This document shows positions 9,497 through 19,421 of a stretch of 64,000 nt of DNA, one piece after another. This DNA is from a virus (taxonomy: Duplodnaviria > Caudoviricetes). The first letter of the stretch is position 1; every line of letters starts with the position of its first letter. Where the stretch lies: IMG/VR virus record IMGVR_UViG_3300035501_001483, one strand, 5' to 3'. The notes beneath the pieces are model-generated. The model was not told the DNA's origin. It saw nothing but the letters and a program-made list of their open reading frames with translations, and searched no databases. The position numbers were made by a program, and so were the translations under genes.

Positions 9497-9587
9497 CCCT
9501 GTATATCATCAGAAGACGTGAAAGTTCGACCCTTGACCTGGCGCTATCACGTTTTGCTGTTGAGCAATAAAAGGAGGTAACTACCTT

Positions 9588-11792
9588 ATGACCGGATTCA
9601 ACGGTTATGTGCCGCCCGTGGGTGATACCCAGGTTGCCGGCAACGACTACGCGTCCGATAGTTCTATGGGCTTCAAGGCTGAAGTGGCTTCCGTGCTGGA
9701 AAGCTATCAGTCTCGCGGCACCAGCGTGAGCGATCTGATGCAGCAGGTCATGTTTAACCCCACTGCCCGGGAGCAGTTCCTGGACAACGTGATGGAGTCT
9801 GTCACCGCTTCTCCCATCTTCACCGATGTGGAGTGCGTCAACAGCCGTTTCTATGATAACTATGCCGACCGTCTGCGCCAGCTGGAGGACAACTCCATGA
9901 AGCAGGTGGCCATCGAGTCCATCGTGACCGGCTACAGCCCCATCGTGGCTTACAACCCCTTCTTCCTGAAGAAGCAGTGGATCAGCACTGTGTTTAAGGA
10001 CATCCTGATGACCGAGGTTCCCGCCTCTCCCGTCATCAACTATGCCGTTGAGCAGCGTTTCCTGCGCACTCAGGACGGCGTCGAGTATCCCATTCCCGAC
10101 GTCTACTATGATCCCAATATTACCCGCAGCCTGAGCGCTGCGTGCACCGGCGCTGCCATCAAGGAGGAGCCCATCCCCCTGACCGACCTGCGCGGCCTGT
10201 CCCTGATCGACCCCACCTACATTCCTGGCATTCTGAAGAATGACCCGGCCGTGGAGCTGACTCAGGATATCAGCATCTGCGCGGTGACCCTGTCTGATGG
10301 CACCGTGGTTCCCACCAACATTCGCACCGACGTCACCACCCATCAGTGGGTCCATGGCAACATCGAGTACAAGCGTACCGATGCTTATGGCAACGTGACT
10401 GAGGTGATCAAGGACATGCTGTTTGGCGGCGTGGACTTCGTGACCGGCAAGGTCACCGTCATGTCTCAGGAAGGCAATGTGACCGCAGTGACCCTGCGTG
10501 GCAAGATTGCCAACCGCTGGAATGATCGGTCTATCACCACCGTGCGGCGCGTTGAGCAGATTCAGTTCGTGATGCCTGAGTCTGGCCAGCGCCTGAACAC
10601 CCCCATCACCCTCGAGGACGCTGCCGACGCTCTGGTGACCCAGAACATCGACATCATCGCCGATAATGTGGATATGATGGGCCGCACCCTGGCCGAGTTC
10701 GAGGACTTCGAGATCCGTGACTTCCTGGATGCTTCCTGGGATGCCCAGGCCAACGCCGGCTCCATGGGCGTGTCCTTCCTGGACAGCAACAGCCTGATCG
10801 TTCGCGGTCACTTCGACGCTGTGCCCTATGAGTCCTTCACCAACAACATCACCGACTGGATGCGCGACTCTCGTGAGTACTTCGAGCGTGTCCTGGCCGG
10901 CCTGAAGACCAAGCTCAAGACCCCTGATGCTGTCATCATCTGCTATGCGCATCCCAACCTGGTGCGTTTCCTGCAGAACGGCATCAACTGGGTGTTTTCT
11001 GACGATACCCAGATCTCCGGCATGAAGATCAGCTACAACTTCGGTATCTATACTTCTGCCCAGGATCGTGTGCATATCGTCACCTCCATGTACGTGCCTG
11101 AGGATTCCGGCCTCCACTTCGTGGTGATTCCCACCACCAAGGAGCTGATCACCTACAAGCACTTCAAGTACAACGCGGTGATCGACCGCAACTATCGTGA
11201 TCCCGTGCATCCCCTGACCCCCAACGTCATGGTGACTCAGCGCACCCTGACCTGCGAGGTTCTGCCCGTTCAGGGCCGGATGACCATCACCGGTCGCGAT
11301 GCTTACAGCCCCACCACGCTGAAGCGCGTTCTGCCTTCTGATACGGTCAGCGCCATCCTGGGCGTGTCCGTGTCCGACGCTGGCGTCATCACTTCTGCTA
11401 TGAAGGGTGAGTCCGGCTATGTGGTGACCGCTTCTGGTACGGCTGCTGCCGGCTCTGCCACCATCGATGCCAGCCTGTTTGGCGCCCTGGAAGGCAATGC
11501 TGTTCAGCTGACTGTCCAACTGCCCGGCGTCACCAACGGTGGTTCTTACGTTGTCAAGCAGTACAATGCTGCTCTGGCCAACTTCTCCACCGATCCTTCC
11601 ATCAAGCAGGTCGGTTCTGACTGGGTCAAGACCAAGACCTACGCTGGCAAGGATATCCTGGACGGCTATGCTCTGCTGCTGGTGGAAGGTGCCGATGCAA
11701 TCGTGCAGATCTTCCCGGCCGCTGGCTACATCGACGGCGCTTCTCAGCCCATGGCGACCCTGACCGTGAAGAACGGCGTCGTTTTCGGTTGA
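9588..11792 (+). CDS. Major capsid protein precursor with C-terminal decoration domain
   Basis: 734 aa; extreme codon bias; AAGGAGG RBS; prodomain with VLES/VMES/AIES sites; head-gene context. Confidence 0.85.
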   Translation: MTGFNGYVPPVGDTQVAGNDYASDSSMGFKAEVASVLESYQSRGTSVSDLMQQVMFNPTAREQFLDNVMESVTASPIFTDVECVNSRFYDNYADRLRQLEDNSMKQVAIESIVTGYSPIVAYNPFFLKKQWISTVFKDILMTEVPASPVINYAVEQRFLRTQDGVEYPIPDVYYDPNITRSLSAACTGAAIKEEPIPLTDLRGLSLIDPTYIPGILKNDPAVELTQDISICAVTLSDGTVVPTNIRTDVTTHQWVHGNIEYKRTDAYGNVTEVIKDMLFGGVDFVTGKVTVMSQEGNVTAVTLRGKIANRWNDRSITTVRRVEQIQFVMPESGQRLNTPITLEDAADALVTQNIDIIADNVDMMGRTLAEFEDFEIRDFLDASWDAQANAGSMGVSFLDSNSLIVRGHFDAVPYESFTNNITDWMRDSREYFERVLAGLKTKLKTPDAVIICYAHPNLVRFLQNGINWVFSDDTQISGMKISYNFGIYTSAQDRVHIVTSMYVPEDSGLHFVVIPTTKELITYKHFKYNAVIDRNYRDPVHPLTPNVMVTQRTLTCEVLPVQGRMTITGRDAYSPTTLKRVLPSDTVSAILGVSVSDAGVITSAMKGESGYVVTASGTAAAGSATIDASLFGALEGNAVQLTVQLPGVTNGGSYVVKQYNAALANFSTDPSIKQVGSDWVKTKTYAGKDILDGYALLLVEGADAIVQIFPAAGYIDGASQPMATLTVKNGVVFG

Positions 11793-11911
11793 AGCGAGAG
11801 CGTTGCAGCACTTCGTACTGAAGATGGCATAGACATCTACACATCTGATGGTGCGGAACTGCACGCAAAGGATGGCGGCACTGTCGTGCCCAAGGATTAA
11901 GTATGAAGCCA

Positions 11912-11947
11912 AAAGAGACTACTACCAGAAATGGTAGTAGTCTCTTT
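11912..11947. terminator. Bidirectional terminator (CTACTACC family)
   Basis: aagagactactacca-gaaa-tggtagtagtctcttt. Confidence 0.85.
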
Positions 11948-11951
11948 CCTG

Positions 11952-12305
11952 TCAGCCGGCATAAGAAGCGGCATAATTGATAATGGAACGCACCACAGAA
12001 GCAATCTCCGCATCCTGCTGGTCAGCAGCACAGTCGCCGCCAATCAGGAAGGGCCGGATATCGGCAGCGCCTCTCATGCGAATGGAATCAGGCACGCCGT
12101 CCAGACTGATCAGTACAGTCACACGTGCGGTGGATTTCTTGTATTCCACGCGGAGAGCGACCGGCTTATGGCCATGGGAAATGGGGCCGAAGTTGAAGGC
12201 GACGACGCCGTCCTCTTCGGGCAGATCACAGTAAGCGCAGGCATAAATCATACTTCTGATATAAGGAGTCAGCGTTTCTTCATTGAAAGCAGTAACATGA
12301 ATCAT
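11952..12305 (-). CDS. Hypothetical protein
   Basis: ORF with AAGGA RBS. Confidence 0.6.
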   Translation of the reverse strand: MIHVTAFNEETLTPYIRSMIYACAYCDLPEEDGVVAFNFGPISHGHKPVALRVEYKKSTARVTVLISLDGVPDSIRMRGAADIRPFLIGGDCAADQQDAEIASVVRSIINYAASYAG

Positions 12306-12432
12306 GTCGGTTTCTTCCTTTCAAAAATATGTGGGCTTGCTATAAATTTTACATTAAATAAAAGTCGTCAAACTGGATTTACATCAAAAAAAGAAGATTC
12401 TCCACATTGGAAGAATCTTCTTTTTCGCATCT

Positions 12433-12657
12433 TCATAAGACCACCCAAGCCAGGATGATCACGAAGATGGCTAACCCAGTACCACCTTTGAACAGGCCTC
12501 GCCATTTCGGCTCGACATGCTCGCAGACGGTTTCCAATAGGACATAGAGCGCGACAGCTAAGGCCAGCGGCACGATGACCGTTAAGCCATAGCTGAGCAG
12601 CCAGAGCAACGCGGCCGCAATACCTATCACGGCGAAGATTGCGATGAGAAATGTCAT
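12433..12657 (-). CDS. Small membrane protein
   Basis: AGGAGG RBS; two to three hydrophobic helices; true start lies inside ORF 12433..13008. Confidence 0.7.
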   Translation of the reverse strand: MTFLIAIFAVIGIAAALLWLLSYGLTVIVPLALAVALYVLLETVCEHVEPKWRGLFKGGTGLAIFVIILAWVVL

Positions 12658-12668
12658 GATAAACCTCC

Positions 12669-12860
12669 TTAGCACCACAGGTTGAATCTGATTATGACTG
12701 CCAAGCATACGAGAATGATGAGCAAATTCCCGATGCTTGTCACTTTGCTCAGGACTGGATACTGGCTGGAATGCTGATGGACATTGATTGTGAGACAAAC
12801 CCACATAGAGACGAGCATGACGACTGCGAGGACGATGACCGAAATAATGATGAATGACAT
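12669..12860 (-). CDS. Small membrane protein (2 TM)
   Basis: Two hydrophobic helices; RBS. Confidence 0.65.
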   Translation of the reverse strand: MSFIIISVIVLAVVMLVSMWVCLTINVHQHSSQYPVLSKVTSIGNLLIILVCLAVIIRFNLWC

Positions 12861-12880
12861 GGAAGCTTCCTTCTTTCTTT

Positions 12881-13195
12881 TTATTGGCTATTGCGCCATT
12901 TTGTGTATCTCTTTGCGAAGTCTGGTTTGAACTTCCTGATCTGGCCTCTGTACCAGATCGGATGCTGATGCCCAGGATCCTCAACGTCCCAGGCATCAGA
13001 GAAATCATATGAGCCTTCTTTGTCAGCCCACATGAAATGGTACCCTTCGTGGATTTGATACCGATTGCGGAAGGGTTTACCGCAATAGATATGAACCTCC
13101 TTTGGGTTCTTGATCTTCGCCTTTACAGCCTCGATTAGGCAATTGGAGTAATATACCTTCGAGACATATGACCATCGGGATTTCACTTGTCCCAC
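12881..13195 (-). CDS. Hypothetical protein
   Basis: ORF within an early operon. Confidence 0.65.
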   Translation of the reverse strand: MGQVKSRWSYVSKVYYSNCLIEAVKAKIKNPKEVHIYCGKPFRNRYQIHEGYHFMWADKEGSYDFSDAWDVEDPGHQHPIWYRGQIRKFKPDFAKRYTKWRNSQ

Positions 13196-13365
13196 CCCTG
13201 CTCACGCATGCGGTTCTCCGCGATGATCGACTCCAAGCTGCGGTTGAGGATGACGCTCATGTCGGGCTCAACGATGGTCTTCTTGCCAGAGGATTTCTTG
13301 CTGGTTTTGGTTTCACCTTCGTAGATGCGCTCGATGCTCTTCTTGGTTCCTTCGATGTTATACAT
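13183..13365 (-). CDS. Hypothetical protein
   Basis: GGAGG RBS; first gene after the early promoter. Confidence 0.65.
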   Translation of the reverse strand: MYNIEGTKKSIERIYEGETKTSKKSSGKKTIVEPDMSVILNRSLESIIAENRMREQGWDK

Positions 13366-13417
13366 GGTATTTACCTCCGTAAAATTGATTTAGGGTTTCT
13401 TTTGCTTCTTCATAAGA

Positions 13418-13447
13418 ATGATATATGGCGGTCTTCGGGACAAATAC
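13418..13447 (-). promoter_or_regulatory. Early promoter GTATTT-N17-ATATCAT
   Basis: Recurrent bipartite motif, four full copies. Confidence 0.7.
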
Positions 13448-13508
13448 GGAGTTTATGCCCCGTCCATCCCAATAAAATTGAGCCAGATGCCAGCATTTGA
13501 CGCCCTTC

Positions 13509-13521
13509 AACACCGATATAA
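13509..13521 (+). promoter_or_regulatory. Late promoter AACA-N6-TAA
   Basis: AACA CCGATA TAA. Confidence 0.75.
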
Positions 13522-13541
13522 TCAAAAGGCAGGTGAAATAC

Positions 13542-14894
13542 ATGGCCACATTGAGCGTTGAGCAATCTGCTTATATCAAATCCCAACAGCAGTACCTGTC
13601 TGATCTGAAGGTCAGCCAGTTTGCAAAGTTCCTGGATAAGAATCCAACCTATGTGACCTATTACCCCGTCATTCAAGCGCAGTCTTCAACGGATGCGGGC
13701 ACTGGTGCCATCTATGAAGAGATTGGCCCCAACTCCCCCATGCGTTACAATAAGATCCTGCAGTTGCCTGCATTCAATCTGCCTGAGCTGAAGCCTGACA
13801 TTATCCAAGACGAAGGCGGTTATGATGCCGAAATGGATATCAACGATATCGCCTTCATTCCTGGAACGGTTCGCCCCAAACCTGGCGACTATATGCTGGT
13901 GGAAATCTCTGGCGTAGAGCCTTTGCTCTTCCGCTGCAATAGCTATCGGCACAATACCATCAAGTCCAATGACTACTACATGGGCGATTTCGACCTCGTG
14001 GACATCAATCAGCAGTACACGAAGCTTATCAATAAGCAGGTCGAGACCACCTATACCTGTCACTTTGAGAATATTGGCACCAATCAGAAGGTGTTCATCT
14101 CCGAAGATGAAGAAGACGAAATCAGCGATATTGAAGATTTGATCACCAAGTTGACTGATTTCTACTCCGATGCCTTCTACAATGGTGACATTGATGGGTT
14201 TGTGCTCTATAATGCTTCAGTGAATGGTAGCAGCGGCAGCTCTACGTTGAATGGCAATGCGGCCAACATGGGTACGCAGTGGTACTATGACAATTATCTG
14301 ACTCGATTTATCAATGAGAGCCAGATCTTTGCCAATGACTCCAGTGACACCACACGGGTCTTCCCATATCTGGAGTTACTGCCGCTCAACTTTGACTATC
14401 TATATAGCAGAACGGTCTGGAATGCCGTTTTGAAACGGACGCGCGACTATCTCCATAAGTATACCTATGCGTGGAGCAGAATGCTGCAGAAACGGACATC
14501 TCCGCTGATGCTGGCGTCCTATCCCACGTTGCATCCGACATTGGAACTCTTCGATCACTATGTGAAACCGGAAGAACCAGTGCCGGAAAACTTAAAAGGT
14601 CTCATCTGGGAGCCTGGCACTCCATGTGGATGGAATGGCGCCGATCCCCAGCTGAGAACTTATTTCTCGATGAATCTCTTGCGTAGTCTGGCAGACAACA
14701 GTCAGACCGGTGATCTCAACGTTCTGGAGAAGATGATCTTCGACTACGTGACGGCCGGTATTGACAATGTGGTGTTTGACAAGAAAGAACTGATCAACTT
14801 CAGCTTTACCCAGAACTACGAGAGTTTCTATCTCGTGCCAATTTGCATCTATATCTTAAAACAGCACTTGGCCAGTGTATCGGCCGACAGTTAA
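13542..14894 (+). CDS. Virion structural protein, possibly neck/head-closure (T4 gp14-like)
   Basis: Late promoter; PKPGDYM...LFR resembles the PxxGDxI...LF motif of neck proteins; upstream of terminase. Confidence 0.5.
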   Translation: MATLSVEQSAYIKSQQQYLSDLKVSQFAKFLDKNPTYVTYYPVIQAQSSTDAGTGAIYEEIGPNSPMRYNKILQLPAFNLPELKPDIIQDEGGYDAEMDINDIAFIPGTVRPKPGDYMLVEISGVEPLLFRCNSYRHNTIKSNDYYMGDFDLVDINQQYTKLINKQVETTYTCHFENIGTNQKVFISEDEEDEISDIEDLITKLTDFYSDAFYNGDIDGFVLYNASVNGSSGSSTLNGNAANMGTQWYYDNYLTRFINESQIFANDSSDTTRVFPYLELLPLNFDYLYSRTVWNAVLKRTRDYLHKYTYAWSRMLQKRTSPLMLASYPTLHPTLELFDHYVKPEEPVPENLKGLIWEPGTPCGWNGADPQLRTYFSMNLLRSLADNSQTGDLNVLEKMIFDYVTAGIDNVVFDKKELINFSFTQNYESFYLVPICIYILKQHLASVSADS

Positions 14895-14908
14895 AGGAGG
14901 AAATCACA

Positions 14909-15331
14909 ATGGCCCTTCTTGATATGATTCGGGAGAACTTGGCAGAGCCCAAGAAGGCGAAGCCGGCGACTGAGAGCTCCACCATCAACCGCTATGTGGA
15001 AGATGCGCCGGCTCCCTATGTTCCCGAAGGCATCGTAATGGACGCCGGCAGTGTCCTGTCTGCGTTGGAATCCCACATGGAATTGCGGGCTAGCATGAAT
15101 CCCACCAATGAACCCTCCGTGGCAAACCAGATCCACGCCGCTCTGGAGTGCGATCTGCCCGAAGGCGAAGCTCCCTACGATCCCTCTGAGGAGCTGGAGA
15201 ACATCGCATCTACCCTGGCTGGTCTGGACGCCGATGACGACGTAGATCCCGACCAGGCGCAGCCCGATGAAGGCATTGAAGACGGCTCTTCTCTGGAAGA
15301 TCTGCAGGAGCAACCCACGGACACCCACTGA
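14909..15331 (+). CDS. Acidic putative head protein
   Basis: AAGGAGG RBS; ATES/ALES/ALEC motifs. Confidence 0.65.
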   Translation: MALLDMIRENLAEPKKAKPATESSTINRYVEDAPAPYVPEGIVMDAGSVLSALESHMELRASMNPTNEPSVANQIHAALECDLPEGEAPYDPSEELENIASTLAGLDADDDVDPDQAQPDEGIEDGSSLEDLQEQPTDTH

Positions 15332-15338
15332 AACCTTT

Positions 15339-15373
15339 AAGAAGATACTACCAATCCCGGTAGTATCTTCTTT
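15339..15373 (+). terminator. Intrinsic terminator
   Basis: aagaagatactacc...ggtagtatcttcttt. Confidence 0.8.
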
Positions 15374-15433
15374 CAATTTGATGTCTTTTGACAACCTGGA
15401 TAATCATAGAAGAAATTAAGGAAGTGAAAGCTA

Positions 15434-18348
15434 ATGGCTGATGTAGTAAATCGAAGTAGAACCTACGATGTGATGGAAATCGACCCATATGCTCCCATGC
15501 TTTATGACGATACATATGGGGACCATGATGAAACCGTTATATCTTCGAGATTCCACTCCGATCAAGGCGGCGCTTCTCCAGCGTTGGAAGACGATATCGA
15601 TTCGTTACGCACCGCTGCACAATCCACCTTCGCCAAGAGAAAGCCCATCATTGACTGGAAGACCACCAATCAATCCTTCATCGATGTGCATAACGACTTG
15701 CGAAGGCTTGGCATCAAAAATAACACGTTCTTCCTCAAGCTTTATGATAGAGATCTCCAAGGCGTCGATCCTTTTATGCCAAACCTGCCTCTGGAGATGC
15801 AAATCAAGGTCTATGTGGAGTGCGTTGTCAATCCTTGGTACTATCTAAGAGAGATTGCTAGATGCCCCGCTCAAGGTAAACCCATCGAGCCAGGCGGTGG
15901 TGATCGTTATGTACTGGATCGTAATAACCTTGCGACCTGGTATCTGTACCTGAACCATATTGACAACTATGCATCCAAGCCTCGTCAGACTGGCAAGACC
16001 CAGGATGCGCTCCACAAGGTAAACTATGCGTATCACTTCGGCTCTACTTCATCATCGGCACTACTCTTTAACAAGGACTTGGCCCTGTCCAAGGAGAACC
16101 TTGCTCGTATGAAGGACCAGCGGGATCTATATCCCACATACCTTCAGATGAGAGTGGCATTTGATGAAGAGACCGGCGGCATCATCAAGGGCGCAGACAA
16201 CATCACCACGATGAAGAATCCTGTGACCAATAATACCATCAAGGTGATGCCATGTGCAACCTCCAAGGAAGCAGCGGACCGGCTGGGACGTGGTTATACC
16301 GCCCCCATCTTGCTCTACGATGAGGTTGACTGGGAACAGCACGCCATCACTGTTATGATGGCATCCGTGTTCGCATACTCCACCGCTTCCAAGAATGCAA
16401 TCGATAACCACAGTATGTCATGCAGACTTCTGCTGTCGACTCCTAAACTACCACTGGGAGTCTGAGCCAGTAATGGCTCTAAGAAAATACCTCTTTAATT
16501 GCGGGAAACTCTCGCTAGGCTCAGATTACGAAGCTTATCTAGTGATGGATAAGTTGCAATGGGTAATGCCAAAGGTATCGTAATAAAATCTGAGATAGAG
16601 ACAATCCGCAGCCAATGATCTCGATCGAGATAAAGGTTCATCGACTATCGAAAGGAGATTGATAACTAGAAATACTATCATGAGAACTGAGTAGAGTAGG
16701 CTTCGGCCCAAATAGGAGGCTCCAAGTATCCTGGTTACAGGGATCTTGGATGAAGATATAGTCAGGCTTATGGGAGACCATAAGGTTAGAAATTACGGGT
16801 GATTTATCTACCAGAGACGGTAAAGCCATGAATGATTACATTCGTGGCACAAAAGAGCAGCGTGGCATGATGATCTGGAATGATCGTATGCTAGATGACC
16901 CTATATCGGCATTGAAAGCAGAAGCTCAGTCTACCAAATACAACGGCATTGTCTATGTCGAGCATACTTGGCAGCAGCTGAAGCGCTCTATGGAATGGTA
17001 TGAGCGTCAGTGCAACCTCTGCGGTTATAACCAGGAAGTTATCCTTCGGGAAATCAACCTGCAGAGATTGGCCGGTTCTAGCTTATGCCCCTTCACCAGA
17101 GAGCAGCAGCTGTATCTTTCTACTCATATCCATAAGCCCGTGGAAGAGATCGACGTACGCTCCAAGGATACCATGTCAACCATTAATATCTACGAGAAGT
17201 TTGATCGTCGAATTCCCTACATCATCGGCATTGACCCGGCTGAAGGTCTGAGTGAAGATAATAACGCCATGATCGTGATCAATCCCTTCACATACAAGAT
17301 TGCAGCTGAGTATAAATGCCCCTACATCTCTCCCAAGGAGTTTGCAAAGCTTATCACTGGTTTTATGGACCAGAGATGCCCTCATGCATTACTGGTCGTG
17401 GAGAGTAACCGAGGCCGTGACCTCATTCAGCGTCTGACAGATTCTCATTATGCCAGCAGAGTCTGGTATGATAAGGATCGCATGAACCAGATTCTCACGG
17501 AAAAGACCGATAGATATGGTGGTATTCCACAGTCTGTGCTGGCTCGTAAAGTGCAGGGATTCGTCACTGGGCCTAAGAGCCGCAATCTGCTCTTCAGTTG
17601 TCTGGAGCAGATGGTCATGGAGAATATCGACTGTATATTCTCCAAGAACCTGGTCAATGAGATGCTGACGCTTATCAGAAAACCCACCACTGGTAAGATC
17701 GAGGCCGCTCCTGGAGAGCATGACGACTGTGTCATGGCGTATCTGATTGGGCTCTATGTCTATCTTAATGCGTCCAATCTTGGAGAGTATGGTATTAGCC
17801 GCCATATGAGACGGCCTGATGAGAAGGTCGAGAAGACCGTCGAATCAGAGAGGCAGTATCGAGACCGTGTGAAAGCAGCCATCAATGTCCTGCCTGAGCA
17901 GTATCGCGGCATCTTTGAGGACTTTGTGCGGGAACGTGATCCTATCACGGATGCCCATCAATATGCCAAAGACCTCAGGAAGGCGGAACGAGATGACCCC
18001 TTTAATCAGTTGAAGATGACTCGTCATCGGACCATGGAAGTGGACGAAGATCAAATCTCACTGGATAAATACATGGGTCGAGATGGAACCCAGAAAGTTC
18101 CCGAGCCCAAAGTTGGCATGGAGTATTTCAAGATGGGCGAAACTCTGCAGACACCTCATTACAATTACGGCAGAAGAGACGATGCGTTGTATATTGGAGA
18201 TGAACCTGACGACACTCTCGGGGAAGAAGAACGTTTCACCTTCGAGCAGGGTATTCTGGATATGAATAGGCCACATGAAGATGAATATGGTTATCCTTCT
18301 TACGAAGATGACGATGGGTTTACCTTCGATCCCAACGATTATGCCTAA
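15434..18348 (+). CDS. terL: Terminase large subunit, two exons (15434-16444 and 16798-18348; 853 aa spliced)
   Basis: Walker A KPRQTGKT, Walker B LLYDE; the spliced junction restores STP|GDLST; nuclease motifs IGIDPAEG and HDDCVMA. Confidence 0.93.
16445..16797 (+). mobile_element. Group I intron without ORF (353 nt)
   Basis: P1 GACTCCT/GGGAGTC with U.G pair; AATTGCGGGAA, AATCCGCAGC, GTTCATCGACTA, AAGATATAGTC; terminal G16797; in-frame ligation. Confidence 0.93.
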
Positions 18349-18631
18349 AATGACGGCTAAAGATCCACTACCCGTGATCAGGTAGTGGACCTTTATGCCA
18401 TCAAGGAGGTATCCCATGAAACTGTCTGGAAAGACAGGGAATTAAACCAGATTCATCAGATATTTCTCAGGATTAACGTTCTGTTTCTGGGAATATCTGT
18501 CTGTATTTCTAAACTACGCCAGACAACTGCGGTAAATCGAGAGTATGACTTTTAAATTTTCAAGTTGTCGATTTTCAAGCCAAGTCCAAATTATACCGCA
18601 GAAGAAACTGTGAAAGGAAGCGAATACAGCG

Positions 18632-19375
18632 ATGGTTGATACCACCTATTTGGAAGTCTCCGACGTCGTCGAAACCTTCGACCTGGATGAGTCTAAGCGC
18701 ATGCTGAGCACGCAGCTGGAAGCCATCCACGACGATGCTTGTGAGAGCATGATCGACAACTTAAAGTCTCTCTATGTCAAATATGCCTCGATCAGAGATC
18801 AGGAAGTCTCCACCAGTCAAGATACCCGAGATCAGGTGGAGCAGATGTTCCATGAAGTCTGCGAGATGTACATCAGCAAGATCACTGATGCGTTCAACAT
18901 CTCCATGGACGAGCAATTTAAAGAGGAGCATTACGCTGATCTCCCCAGCATTGCTCTGCAATTCTATCTTTTCTTCGTACTGGATTTGCGGAGTAATCTT
19001 TACAACGTCTTACTATCCTATATCAGTCAACACACAGCGGGCCTTGCGGAACACTTTGAGAATCTCAAGCAGCGCAAGGATTCCATCACCGAAGTGAATC
19101 GGACGATGGAAGATCAGAATATTGCACTGATTGCGTCCAACATTTACGACGTGATCGATTACGTCATGGAACTGCTCGATGCCGAAACCTTCTTTGCAAA
19201 CATGGAGAGCGGCTACATCGCGCTGGCACCCATGCGTAACATGTACAATCAAGCTGTGATTGACGGTGGCTTTATCGATGCTTTACGAGATATCATGCGG
19301 GAGAATATCGCCATGAAGGCGCGCATTGGATTTGATATCATCTGCCGCCTGAAGGGCTATGACTTCAACGTATGA
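18632..19375 (+). CDS. Hypothetical protein
   Basis: 247-aa ORF with RBS. Confidence 0.7.
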   Translation: MVDTTYLEVSDVVETFDLDESKRMLSTQLEAIHDDACESMIDNLKSLYVKYASIRDQEVSTSQDTRDQVEQMFHEVCEMYISKITDAFNISMDEQFKEEHYADLPSIALQFYLFFVLDLRSNLYNVLLSYISQHTAGLAEHFENLKQRKDSITEVNRTMEDQNIALIASNIYDVIDYVMELLDAETFFANMESGYIALAPMRNMYNQAVIDGGFIDALRDIMRENIAMKARIGFDIICRLKGYDFNV

Positions 19376-19421
19376 CATCTTCCATGATAATTAAATTCAC
19401 AGAAAGGACTGAAAGCACAAT

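Noticed and set aside
9447-11912. 821-aa minus-strand ORF (also 19761..21293, 27206..29863, 58574..59911 and similar)
   Set aside because: Antisense shadows of strongly codon-biased genes; no RBS or recognisable motifs
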